A DNA stretch of 64,000 nt from Trichoplax sp. H2 (lineage: Eukaryota), in contig NOWV01000123.1 of assembly GCA_003344405.1 (NCBI GenBank), positions 62,001-126,000 on the forward strand, read 5' to 3'. This document shows positions 32,541-45,584 of the stretch, piece by piece. Position 1 is the first letter of the stretch. Each line of letters begins with the position of its first letter. The notes under the pieces are model-generated. The model searched no databases and had not been told where the DNA came from. It saw nothing but the letters and a program-made list of their open reading frames with translations. The translations under genes were made by a program, and so were the position numbers.

Positions 32541-35500
32541 TTAAGAAACTAAGCGATATGTTATATATCTTCCTGCAGTTTCACTTGGCCTGATAATTCT
32601 TACAAACTAAAAAAGAAAAAATATTCTAATAGTTAATCTCTGAATCAGGAATAAGGAGACCAGACAATTTTCGTACCTGCCCTCTCTTTAAACCATAATA
32701 ACGAGCTACAGGATCACCTACTTGAATCCTAGGTAATTGATGCTCCTTTAATTTGCTGATTAAAATGTCGAATTAAATTAATTTTGTGTTACATAGTGAT
32801 TATAATAAAGTTTTGGTCCAAAATTACGAAGCTTACATACATGCATCCATGTTATGACATATCGATCAGTTAGAACTTACTATCTAGCTAGAAGCTCAGC
32901 CTTTTCTTCAGGACTCATGACTATATGTTTAGGAACTAAATGATGTTCGGTTATATTTATCATTAATTCGGATTCCATGAATGATTCCAATGTGTATTTA
33001 GGAGCCATATCGATCAAAGACTAAGAAATTGCATTGGCGATAGAATTCGAAGATTTAACATTAGAAGTATATTAGCAAGATCAATTTTGCGAATGATCTG
33101 CAAACAAACCTGTTTCGCGGTTGGAGTCATTCCAGATTGTATGATGATTATAGCGCGATTGATATTCTCTCGCTGCATTCGTTGGCAGTATCTACATAAG
33201 CAATGTTATTCGAAATTATAGCAGAATAATATTACAAACGTCATGTAACTAAGTTGTTGTCTGAGCAACAAAAGTTTACTTTTTAATCGTGTTAATCCCC
33301 ACTTTAGGCTCGTCCGGGAAGAAAACAAACAGTTGTTCTGCGTAGATATGTAAGTTATATTTAATTTACTAATGCTAACAATGCTATGACTGTTTAAGCT
33401 TGCTAGAGATATAATCTTCATACACAAAAAGCAAACTATGGAATAAAGCAGTCGGCTTGCGTGCACCGTAGACGTATTGAATAAGTTTTACCTGTAGGAT
33501 CATCGATGTGATGCACCAACATGGATAATAATCCGCGTACCTGGCTACTTTCACTATATAAGTATAAAAATGCAATTCTAGTATATACTTCTTCTACAAA
33601 GATACAAAACACAACTTAAAAAATTATGTAATGCCAAGATAGTGGATGATTAAAGATAGATACAGTATCTGCTATTTCAAGGTGCTAAAGTAGATAGATA
33701 GGGAGTTAGTGTGTACAGAATTTATAAGACTCAATACGTAGTCAATCGTAGAGTCACATTTAACCGTAAATAATTAATTACCGCATAGATAAGCTAAACG
33801 ATCTACAGTATACACGTTTAGTATTTTGTCGATAAGGGGCCATGGGCATAAACTTATTAATTATTACAACGTTTTGTGATAACAACAAAATTAACGGTTG
33901 ACCTTCTGACTGTGATATTTGCCCAAAAATTCCTCAATTGACCTATATCAATTGCTTTTATACAGTGTATATCACTGATATACGGTAATACGTAAGTTTG
34001 CAGTTATATCTTCTCGTATCAGAGGAAACACTACGCCATTGCTGTTTTAATCTGCTGGGATACTTGAATAATTTGAAGCCCGTAGCACAGTACAATATAT
34101 GAAAAAAACTGAAATGCATTCGCGTTAGATATTAGTAAAGATGATATACACAGAACTTTGATCTTCCAGCAAAAGAGTCCACAACATACTACATACGAGT
34201 ATACTAGTCGATTACAATGATGATTCTGAAAGAATTATTTGGGAGGGTATTAAAAGGTTTGTATCATCGCGGTAACTGCTGTACAGATGCTCTTTTGAAA
34301 GTAACGGAATATATAAAAGTGCCTTATACATAATATATTCAATCAAATTTAAGAAAATTTAGTGCTATCTTTGAAAACGTGATTGAATTACATTCAGAAG
34401 TATCTATAAGATATTTTTGTATTACCTCATTTCGCTGTAAAACTGTTCATGAAATTGATCGAACGTTTGATCCAATTCTTCCTGCGATACCATATACCCT
34501 CTGTCATGGCACATCTATAAAAGTAGGCGATAGATACAGTAAGTTATCTTGGTTACGATTGTATCCAGAAAAGATCTATTGCAAGCCCATTCGGAGAAGT
34601 TTTAATTACAAGGACTATAACCTTTTGGCAATACTACTGCATAAGACTCAAGCAATACAGTCGATGATGAACTGATCACTGATCGGGTAGTGATGTAGTA
34701 TCGCAAGTGGACAATATATAACTATATATAGTTTTAATTACAAGGACTATAACCTTTTGGCAATACTACTGCATAAGACTCAAGTAACACAGTCGAGGAT
34801 GAACTGATCACTAATCGGGTAGTGATGTAGTACTGCAAGTGGACAATATATAACGTAGGCATTCTTTTAGCATCCATTTTCAATATGCTCAGCAAGAACA
34901 GTATGGTCAATCGGAAATATGCACATTAACCGACCTACTGTAGAGGCGTAAGTTTCGAAAAAGAAAATCTTTAACTGCAATGCGAACTATACGCGTTATC
35001 ATGTCCACTGTACAGTCCTGTATATAAGTGAGAAGAGCATAGTCGAACATTGAACCAAAATAGTAATGTAAATTTTGAAAAAGGAAATTTCAACCATAGT
35101 GATAGTATATATACACTAGGCGTACAGTTACTGCTCTTGTCGGATATATGAGAGGGACTTTATGCCATTCATTGATTAGACGATACAGGTCTAGCTCTCG
35201 ATTTTGTCAATACTGTATATCAGAATAAGATTGAGGGCAAGAGCTAGGCAACTGAGTATTCCATTGGTGGTGATTGAGTTATCATCATCTTGGCAATTTT
35301 TCTTCAACATTTACTCTCTATTGACCGGACCGGTATAGCTTAAGGTGTAATATACTTTTCATAACTACAGCACTATAATAACAATGATCGATCCTAGAAT
35401 TGCTGACAATGATAGACCTCGCTCAAATGAAGATGCAGTCCAGTTACTGTACATGATCAGTGGTGTACTGTAGATTATGACTTTCGTCTAGAAGACAAGT

Positions 35501-35693
35501 TGCGATCGAAACTTTTGAATGTTGGATATACTTTGAGGTATAATCTAACTTCAGGACATGGAATTCATCAAGCCAAATTAACTCCATGATGTATGTCAGT
35601 AGTCTTAAGCGAATAACGATAACAAATAATGCATACTTGCATGACAGTTTTTCTGATCCGCCATAACTTGTAGGCTTCTTCTTCGTCTTCCAT
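32541..35693 (-). CDS. POLR2E: RNA polymerases I/II/III shared subunit RPABC1 (RPB5), 210 aa
   Basis: Exons 35693-35637, 34514-34426, 33553-33492, 33337-33280, 33191-33110, 33020-32881, 32755-32677, 32606-32541 (633 nt). [89 protein letters not shown]. Confidence 0.97.
34598..34854. repeat. Tandem duplication, 132-bp period, about 2 copies, in POLR2E intron 1
   Basis: agttttaattacaaggactataacc..ggacaatatataac starts at 34598 and again at 34730, with a few substitutions. Confidence 0.92.
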
Positions 35694-35798
35694 AACTGCT
35701 GCCCGTTGTCTTGGAGTAGTTTGGTACCCATGTAAAAAGGTTAGTCTACTCAGTACAGTCGTTCCAATGTTTTGCGCATACTCACGCTTTACGCCATA

Positions 35799-36330
35799 CA
35801 GTACAGTACCACGATGTTGAACAATAGTGTACAGTACAGTACTGTACAATACAATAGAGGGTCTCTAGTGTACTGTACACTGTACAGTACAGTACTGTAC
35901 ACTGTACAGTATACAGTACTGTACTGTATACTGTACTGTATGAACAATGTACTGTACAAAATACAGACAGTACTACTGTATACTGTACCACTGAGGCCGA
36001 GAAGGGCCAACCGCTTTCTTATACTATTCCACGAGCACGTTTTATCGCCAGCATTTTTCGCGAGTACATGAAATTGACTTGATCTCGCGTTCTGATACCT
36101 CGAACATAGCGTGTATCGGTACAAGTAAGAATAAGTCTCTATTTCTCGTACATCAATTTTCTCGTCAGGCAAGTTAGGACGAAATGCTTAGTACTACAGT
36201 ATACTGTACTGTACTGTACTGTAGTAGGGACGCCCACAGTACAGTACAGTACTAAACTGTACTGTACAGTGTACAGTACTGTACACTGTACAGATAAACT
36301 AATTTCACCCCGAAAAATGTACTGTACTGT
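35799..36330. repeat. TACAG/CTGTA clusters immediately upstream of POLR2E (35799-35990 and 36191-36330)
   Basis: Very dense tacagtacagtactgtacactgtacag units starting about 100 nt upstream of the POLR2E ATG. Confidence 0.88.
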
Positions 36331-36361
36331 AGCTAAAAGACCGGCATTTTACGGTACAATA

Positions 36362-36605
36362 ATCGTCTCTAAACTAAAGTACTGTCATAATGAGGTGTTT
36401 GGCACAATATTTTGGACGAGATGAGGGCAAAGTGATCAGTCCAGGTCCAGGTCTTCTCCTACACTTTGTAGCCAGTGTACAGTATAGTACACTACAAGTA
36501 TAAGAGAAGACCTGGACCTGCCTGGACTGATCACTTTTGTCCTCATCTCGTCCAAAATATTGTGCCAAACACCTTGTTATGACAGTACTTTAGTATAGAG
36601 ACGAT
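36362..36605. repeat. Long near-perfect fold-back (about 115-bp arms), MITE-like or hairpin-RNA locus
   Basis: atcgtctctaaactaaagtactgtcataatgaggtgtttggcacaatattttggacgagatgagg.. is the reverse complement of ..cctcatctcgtccaaaatattgtgccaaacaccttgttatgacagtactttagtatagagacgat. Pairing continues to a roughly 6-nt loop at 36481-36486. Confidence 0.9.
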
Positions 36606-39174
36606 CGATTTTACATGGACTGATTTTTTCCATATTAAGTTAAGCAATATGGCATTGAATCTTATTATCTGTTACTAACTTCTGCTTGGAAATAGTTATA
36701 TAAGATCGTAGATGTTATTCAATTAGTACCAGGGAGTTAGAAATCAGACAAGCAAGCTCCATACTAAGGAAGCATTTTTCGATATTGATGGCCCTCATTG
36801 GGTAAGAAAAGTCCGTCTGTCTGGTTTACAGTACAGTGTACACTAAGTTCACACTGTAAAGTTTACACTATGTACTGTACTAGACTTGATTACCATTGGG
36901 CAAGTTTTAACATGAAACCGGGAAAATTCAATTTTAAATTCACACCGTTGAGCGAACTAGACGGTAGTTGTTGATTGTAATCAACATCGACTGCACATTA
37001 GCATTCATTCTAAAGTTGATTTCTCCTTGTACAACTTATCATTAACTCTTTGCTTGTTAGCAACCATATTACTATAATATCCACAACGAAATTCCAGTAT
37101 ATATTTATTGTAGTATAGTTACTATTGATTGATCAGTTCATGACTTATTCCAATCGATAAATGTGAAATTGGCTTGGCTCAACCATTTATCCAGCTAAGG
37201 TAATACCGCCTGAATGTTTCTAGAAATTGTTATTCGATTGCATATGGTACCCTCTATAAACTACAAGCTCAATTTGCGCTAACATATAGTTTACCATCGT
37301 TAAAGTCAATACTTTATTGCTATCAAAAAATAGCAATCTATCCCGTCTACAGTGGATAATAAAAGTAATAAATAGAAATATTACAGTTATAGAAGTTGAT
37401 CTTGTGCTAGTCATTTATTAATGCATTTATCGTTATTGAGTGAATCACCATTAATTCAGCTCATTACTAGCTTTGTTTTATCTATTACCCTATGACTATG
37501 AGGATGCCATCATCGTACTCGTTACTATTTAAACTCATTCATCAACAAACATCCAATGCCTCTCGATTGCATGCGTACTGTACTGTATACGTATGTGTAA
37601 AATGTTATCAACTATGATTACAAATGAGCGTTATGCTTGATGTCGTTCTTGCCATGACATTAAGTAATACAGCAAATATTGTATGTCATCATCTTACACA
37701 AAATGAATCTTGGACTTACCTATTTTGATAAGATTAAATTAAAATTCGTTTAAATGACATCAACTCGATAGGCCTACATTTTCCAGAATAGTCCTGAAGA
37801 TTACTTTGAAAGACTTTAAATTTAACTATGGTGGAAACAATATCTTACAGCAATTGAAAATATTAAACATTGCCTAAACGCCAGAATATCTGGATCTTTT
37901 TCGCGATAAGGATAACAAAATATTTAGGTACGTACTACCCAGAGTCTAATATGGTTATGACGTATACATACATACTTACGGTATATGCACATACTTCTCT
38001 CTCCAGTAACGTAACTAAAATTTGTAATTCTTTCATCCTTTACCGAACAGTAGAGTACACTAGTATTATACTATACTTTATATAGTAGAGTACTCAATCT
38101 TGATTCCATTACAGTATTTGTAAAATAAAGGATGAAAGCTTCCGAAACGTTGCATCCGATCCACATATAGTTTAGTATGACAAATCATTGATGTGCTATA
38201 TTATTTTCTAACGTACCGCTAGACAAACGGTAGGCGTTCATCTATTGATGTTATGTTAAATATGATCGTTTATTTACCAATTCAAATCTCTAGACGGCGC
38301 AAGCTATACTAACGTATGGAGAGGTACTGTAGATTCTCTTTCACGTACAGTAGAGCAATAAGTCGTTCAATGGTAATAAATGTTCAGAAGTAGCAACAGA
38401 CTAGAAATCCAAATATATTGCACTATACAGTATCTACTCCTGAGACGCACATAATTATTGTATTCTACGTTTTAAGAGTAAGTTCGCACGATAGCATATC
38501 GACTTGTTATTTATTTACTATAATAACGCATGTTTGATCGCTTTTAAGTACTGTACTGTACAGTAATGTTGTAAAGAGATTCCGTCGGATCGTTCTATTC
38601 TAATATACTGTACTGTACTCAGTGTACTGTAATATGCCTTGCACAACCTTATATAAACTCCTGCTTGCATATTTTGTAGCTACTTAAACGAATGAACATA
38701 ATAAAAAAATGTGCTGTAATGACGCAACAAATACCAAAGAAAATACCAGTACTGTAATGTACAGTATCCTAAACGACTTTACATTAAATAATAATATCAA
38801 CAAAAAGATACGCCAAAGCGATATCGTGATATCTAAATTTGATACGCATGCTATACGTACGATAGTGCCATATTTAAGAATGTCTACGAGTATAACAAAA
38901 TATTATGAGAAAAATTTATTTATGGCACTAGCAATATGCCAGATGAATGTAATTCACTTAAATATCTAGAAGTTAAGCGACAATTCGTTCTTGGGATAGC
39001 CCACGAGATGGAATATGCTCTTATATTGCTTACTTTGTTATAAGTAATGTACTGTTCTTAATAGAAGTAGCTTGTTTTATTTTATTTTATCATTAGGATT
39101 GTGTATTAATAAACGCAATAAAAGAAGGTTCTGCGACGCATAAGTGATATATTTCAATCTATGTATGTTTTTAG

Positions 39175-41428
39175 ATGTCTGGAGTAAAAAGAAGTCAACC
39201 TGATGGCGGTCATAGTTGTGGTAAAAGTTACAACAGCTTTGGCCAGGTAAATCAGTCTAATCTGATTTTTATGCTTGTGAATGATCTCTATACTGTAATT
39301 ATTGCCATTCTTTTATGGTATAGCGTTTGTTACTCGTCATCAAATTAAATGTAGGATTATTTGTTCATATGCAATATCATTGGACGTGATTCGGTGTATT
39401 ATGTACTTATTTTGTTTAGCTTTTGTAATACGAGAATGCTGTAGCATGATGTTCAACATAAGTTATGCTACAGATATCTATGATATGTTAAAGTTAATTT
39501 TACTTCTTACGTATTATTTTAATTGGTAATAGTATACATTCACCACGGAGGAACAAGAAGCTGTTCAGACGGCATTAAAGCAAAAATTAGGCCCAGAATA
39601 TATTAGTCAAAGGGTCGGCATGGGCGGTAAAAAGGTTAAGCAATAGTTATGCTATTATTTGTATAATATAATTCAACTGCAAAACTCTAAACCTACTGTA
39701 CTATTGTAATGTACTCGTATGTACAGAAAATTTTCCTTATAATTATAATATGATTGCTTAGCACGAGTATATAGCATATTGAAATGGCTAGATTATTCGA
39801 TTTAAACTTACAGATTATGAATAAATGCCACAGGTATCGTAGGTATTGCAATATATTGATTACATGAGTATATACCATGATACATAGAGTTATATAGCGT
39901 AACACCAGATCACAGTAATTCAATTATTTTCGTACAGTATCTTGTATGCGTATACTACGTAAATAAACAAGATAAATTGATGGAGAATAAACTCTGTTAC
40001 AGATAGCCTATATTGAGGGATGGAAAGTATTGTCCATAGCAAATGAAATTTTCGGTTTTAATGGATGGTCTCACTCTGTTACCAGTCAAACGATTGGTAT
40101 ACTAACTTTGTGATAGATGATAGTTTTACGGATCTACCTTGCTGGCCATTAAAAACTTAGCATATGCTTGTATCTATGATAGATTTCGTCGATCAGATTG
40201 GAGCTAAGTTTTATGTCGGTATTTGTGCATTTGTCCGAGTTCAACTAAAGGTAAGTAAATTGTGGAAATCTTTAGGGTATTTATTGATAGCTATAGTTCA
40301 TTGAGAAATTTTATTTAAAAGGATGGAAGTTTCCACGAAGACGTAGGATACGGTGTTGCAGAGGGAATGAAGTCAAAAGCTTTATCGCTTGAAAAAGCTC
40401 GTAAGGAGGCCGTAACAGATGGCCTTAAGAGGGCTTTAAAGTACGTTGTTTGTCACGTAAACTACTTTGAGATAAATGTTTATAAATCTGATATTTGTGT
40501 TATTGGAAATTTTTTGATCTTGTTACAGCTTTAAAGTACTGTACTGAGCCATCGCTGCACTTAGGTTTTAAAATATCGGCGTATCCCGATGATATTAATC
40601 TTTACGTTTTTACATTAAATTTTAAACTTTAGGAGTTATGGACAAGCCCTTGGTAACTGTATCAATGATATTTCATACTTAAATTATATTTGCAAGCTAC
40701 GTGACGAAAAGGTTAGTGTAACAGTAGCTTTGATTTGAGTCTGAGATAGTAAATACTACTTAAAAGCAAGTCTGTACGTGTTTAATGGCCGATCTTTTAG
40801 GCTCAATATTTACAAAAAATGCCTTGTTTTACGTGCATGGTTGCATCAGTTTAAAGAGTTGTATTCTTCCTCTCTATGTTATTTTAGTCTCCGCAATCCT
40901 TTGATATCAGAGAGATGCGTCGACCATTTAGTACTAACCTAATGAAAAATGGAAAGCGCCCTATAGATCCTAGTAATACGGTTGGTATGGTTGAATATAA
41001 TATCAAAAAGCGTAAAGAATCAGATAAGGGACTTTTATCTGGAGCAGGTTATTATTTAATTGAGGTAATGTTGCTGTATTAAAAGAAAAGTTAACAAAAA
41101 TTGTGTTATCGTTCTTACGTAGAAAATAAAACATTTACTAAGAGCAGCGTTTCGGCTAAGATGGCTTCATGTTCTTCTGTTAAAAAATTTGAATTAATTC
41201 CCGAAGGTAAACTAGATTGGATTTTGTTTGATACATTCTAAATTAGTTTTTGTTGAAATGCCAGAACAGTAACCTCATTTAATGCAGTATCTGAGTTAAA
41301 TTAGACGGACAACTTTCTCTTATTCCTAATTGGACGCTTGTATGCATTCAGATGATTTAGATTTGCTCCTTTCTGAGGCATTACAAGACGAAAATTCGAG
41401 TGAAAATTTAGCTTCTCCGAAACAATAG
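39175..41428 (+). CDS. RAD52: DNA repair protein RAD52, about 284 aa
   Basis: Exons 39175-39246, 39533-39634, 40003-40096, 40183-40250, 40322-40440, 40633-40711, 40888-41047, 41123-41206, 41352-41428. [103 protein letters not shown]. The last three exons rest on splice signals and reading frame only. Confidence 0.93.
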
Positions 41429-43225
41429 TAGCAGCATAAAGTGCTGCCTTAATTTGTTCTGAAAATATTATCAAAACATCGTCTTTATTGAGATATACTA
41501 TTAGTATAAATTACGGTCGTTAGCAACGATACGACTTCTACAAACGGATTTCGCAGTTGCTATTCAAATAATTTTTATTTTACATACTTTTATCATTACA
41601 AGCAAGAATTTAGATTTGAGAACTATTGTATATTGGTGTAATGATAACTGCATAGCTAAACAAGTGTACATTAGTAAAAGGTCTAGATCATAGTCATCCA
41701 TGAAATCTACTTAATGACTTTGTAAATTATACAATTCTATTTTTGGCGTCAAATTTGCTACTGAGCACTTTTGCCACTGGCTAGCTAAAGTAGCTTGGTT
41801 ATAGTAAAGCTACCGGTATTCAATTCTTTTCTTCTCAGCTTGATACATTTAGTATGAATTCGCCTTTGGACATAATCTATTATTGATGATGCAAGAAATT
41901 AGTAGTTTATAAACTTTGTAACATATCATGGTTGAATTTCTGGTTGTTTACATCATAGCGCATACGTTAGTAACGATATAAACGGAAAATGTATTTGGAA
42001 AAATGAATCATAAATACAATTTAATACGGCAATATTGTTTAGCTTTTATTGGTTTGTAAATCTTGAACTGAAAATTTGATAAGACGTATATAAGTATTTT
42101 ATTAGGAAATGCAATGTAACAATTTTACTAATTTTGTAGACTAAACTCGCAATGAAAACATTGTCATTTGTTAAGTATAATTTCTATAATGCAATAAAAA
42201 ATGTATCTAAAGTGATACCCCGTAATGTAAATACTGAGAAAGTGCGCAGTTTCTTGCGAAGGATCACTAACGAAATAAGTACATCCCCCAAAAAGTTACC
42301 TAGTGTTTTTACTATACTAACTTTCGTACTTTTACAATGAAGAGCCCTTTACAGATATTCAGTTTTCTACTTTAGTAAATAATTATATGTTCACCTGTGT
42401 ACCTGTAATATTATTGTTTGCATTTTAGTTCTAGTTATGATTAATCTTGTAAGTGTATTGAATATATTACTGCACTGCTGTAACGTAAGTAACTATAAAT
42501 AATTGTAAAGAGAGGCTAACATTGTCCCTCGCTTACGTGAATAAAAGAACTAGCTTTTTAGTCTGCAATATATCGTAAGTCTGGATATCCAATGCGTGGT
42601 TTAGTACAGTATGACTGCACGATATACCAGAATCGGAACATGATCATGGTGAAGAAAATCTGTATATGTATTATTGTATACTTGTGAACACCCTTATATG
42701 TCGTGCAGTATACATCGTCAGTATTCTGTGAACATTACTAATTATAACTAGTATAAAATGAATTCGGAAATATCGATTAGTAAACTTTGTAGATTGAGAT
42801 ATCAGCCTTTTCAATCTAGCTAACTACGCCTATATACGTTGTAATGTATGTTTTCTCCACTTTAGTGCATAGATTCTATTTGAAGACTATAATCTTGTCT
42901 ACTGATCAAGAGAAGTCTCTAATCTAGTTGTCAGTAGCATGATTAGAATAAATCCGTGCAATAATATTACAAGGAGTGGTTAAAATAACAGATTTTCTTT
43001 CTTTTTTTCGATCCAAGCAATGTATCGTACAATAATTATGTATATCTGAAATAACAAAGATACTTCGCATTATTAATATGAGGGGGTTCTGTGCGTTACT
43101 TTAATTAGATGAGTATATCCTTAGTATGATACGAGAAAGATTCTAAACGAAGAAGAATTCCTTTATTCAGACGTCGAGGAGATTATCAGCGTGCTCTAGG
43201 CAGGAATAGGAAAGGTAGAGAATCG

Positions 43226-43768
43226 TGAGATACACAATGAGATAAGAATTGAGGAATGCATGTATTAAAGACGTGCACTACCACTATTTTATAAAGTGCT
43301 GTATGGTGTATTTATTTTGTTTTGAGATTGCCAAAGTCCTTCTCGAGGTGCTTTGAATACTGAAAAGACCTATCAATTTCATACCAGTGTGTATAACCAT
43401 TACCTACGGGTACATATAATAATATTTATTTAATATGATGTTACAGTGTTAAATACTGTATTACAGTAGAAATAACTATGTTAGGATAATTCTGTTAGAC
43501 TATCCTTATTTAGTTAACTTCTAATTTGGATATACTGNNNNNNNNNNNNNNNNNNNNTGAGATACACAATGAGATAAGAATTGAGGAATGCATGTATTAA
43601 AGACGTGCACTACCACTATTTTATAAAGTGCTGTATGGTGTATTTATTTTGTTTTGAGATTGCCAAAATCCTTCTCGAGGTGCTTTGAATACTGAAATGA
43701 CCTATCAATTTCATACCAGTGTGTATAACCATTACCTACGGGTACATATAATAATATTTATTTAATAT
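43226..43768. other. Assembly gap (20 N, 43538-43557) flanked by a 211-bp near-identical duplication
   Basis: 43226-43436 matches 43558-43768 with two substitutions seen (ccaaagtcc/ccaaaatcc; gaaaagacc/gaaatgacc). Confidence 0.9.
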
Positions 43769-44124
43769 TACTATTACTTAATATACAGTAGTCTGTTTAA
43801 TTTATGAACAAGATTCTGAAAACAAAATGAACACACTGTACAATAGTAATGGGCACTTACGATATCATGGACTCTCCTAGACATAGTGTAGGTATGACTC
43901 GACATGAAGTACATAATATTACACTTAGCATTAATTCCATACTCATCTCTAGTTATGTTCTGGTTTAGCCTCTATTGCACGCATACTGTACAGTGTATAA
44001 ATGATCTTGTTCTCGTTGAATTCTAATCGTAGAATAAGTATGCTTTTGCGAATTTAGTCCAGTGCTGTATAGTAGACTGTATTAATAAATGTAAATTTTA
44101 AATAAATCAAGAAACTCCCAACAA

Positions 44125-44357
44125 CTTCATGGTTTGGTGTACAAAAGTGGCAGTCTCCGGATATCAATTCTGAAGGAATTGTATATACTAAAAGTCAACT
44201 ATCGCCGTTTCAAATACTGATGGAACACCATTTTAAAAAATGACAAAAACTGGCGTTGGATCAGTAATTTAAAACGGGAATAGTCCACTTTTAGCAAACA
44301 GAATTCCTTAAGAATTTATATCAGGAGACTATCACTAATATGCACTAAAGCGTGAAG
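44125..44357. repeat. Diverged long inverted repeat (about 110-bp arms), old MITE-like fold-back
   Basis: cttcatggtttggtgtacaaaagtggcagtctccggatatcaattctgaaggaatt..tactgatggaacacca aligns colinearly with the reverse complement of tggcgttggatcagta..gaattccttaagaatttatatcaggagactatcactaatatgcactaaagcgtgaag. Confidence 0.75.
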
Positions 44358-44699
44358 CTGTACTCTTTTGCAAGGAGCTGCTGTAGAGCCAGTGGCTAAA
44401 ATGGAAAGAAATTATTCACGACTTGTCAACTTTGTTGACAGTACTATAGATTGTAACTCAAATAATTTCATAGTGTAGTTTATTAAGAATAGGCAAAACT
44501 TTTCACTAATAATTTTGTTTCACGATTCTGTACATCGGCAACGAGAAACAACTACAAGATATCAAGTCATTTGTTGGCATTTTCATAATATTATATTCCA
44601 TTGATATCGCTCGCTATATCGATTAGACTAGCGAATTGCCGTAGAATAGTTGGTTACTGTACAGTATACCGATATGGATTGCATGTCATTCATTGTACA

Positions 44700-44976
44700 T
44701 AGCAAGCATAAGCAAGTTTCAAATAGAAAGTGTCTAGTCTAATGGTATAGCAAGCATAAGCAAGTTTCAAATAGAAAGTGTCTAGTCTAATGGTATAGCA
44801 AGCATAAGCAAGTTTCAAATAGAAAGTGTCTAGTCTAATGGTATAGCAAGCATAAGCAAGTTTCAAATAGAAAGTGTCTAGCCTAATGGTATAGCAAGCA
44901 TAAGCAAGTTTCAAATAGGAAGTGTCTAGTCTAATGGTATAGCAAGCATAAGCAAGTTTCAAAGAGAAAGTGTCTA
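44700..44976. repeat. Minisatellite, 48-bp unit x about 5.8
   Basis: Unit tagcaagcataagcaagtttcaaatagaaagtgtctagtctaatggta starts at 44700, 44748, 44796, 44844, 44892 and 44940. Confidence 0.95.
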
Positions 44977-45248
44977 ATCAATGTATTATACCGAAGAATA
45001 TGAATGGAACACAATACTATGAAAATATCCCTAAAGAAGCTAATTATCTTTTAGTTCTTTCTCGTTACCAAAATGTCATAAAAAAATGTTCATAACTGGA
45101 AAAATTTGATCTACCTATTCTTCAATAATGCAATAAAACTAATTCACAATCGATCCTATTATCCCTCAGAATTTCAACGACAAAGTTGACCCATTACGAC
45201 TAATTTTCTTTGAAATTTTGGCCATTCTAGGCGTATCAAGGGTATTCA

Positions 45249-45481
45249 TGTACAGTACACTGCACAGTATTGTGCTGTACAGTATAATAGTGTACTGTAC
45301 AGTACAGTACGATAGTGTACAGTACATACTGTACTGTACTGTACCGGTTATCAACATTACTGTACCAGTACTGTACAGTACTGTAGGACTGTAAAGCAGG
45401 AGCACAAAGTACTGTACACTGTACAGTATGGGTTTTTCACTGTACAGTACTGCAAAGAAGCTACACCGAGTACAGTACCGT
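45249..45481. repeat. TACAG/CTGTA cluster immediately upstream of TTC39
   Basis: Dense units ending about 100 nt before the putative ATG at 45585. Confidence 0.85.
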
Positions 45482-45584
45482 ATATAGCCACACCTATGTC
45501 GCTCTGCCCTTCTTGTTAGTAAAGTCAACCATTGGCCGCTGGCGCTTTCTAAAGCGAGAGAGTAAAAATTGATCGATTTTCTTC

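Noticed and set aside
35772-36172. ORFs rich in Y/S/T/V/L/C (also 18705, 19832, 21496, 24238, 26449, 45166, 57250)
   Set aside because: They are translations of the stop-poor TACAG/CTGTA repeat on both strands, with no protein-like features.
44690-44962. 90-aa ORF with LKLAYACYTIRLDTFY repeats; also considered as a CRISPR-like array
   Set aside because: It is a head-to-tail 48-bp minisatellite with no spacers and a non-ATG start, in a eukaryotic context.
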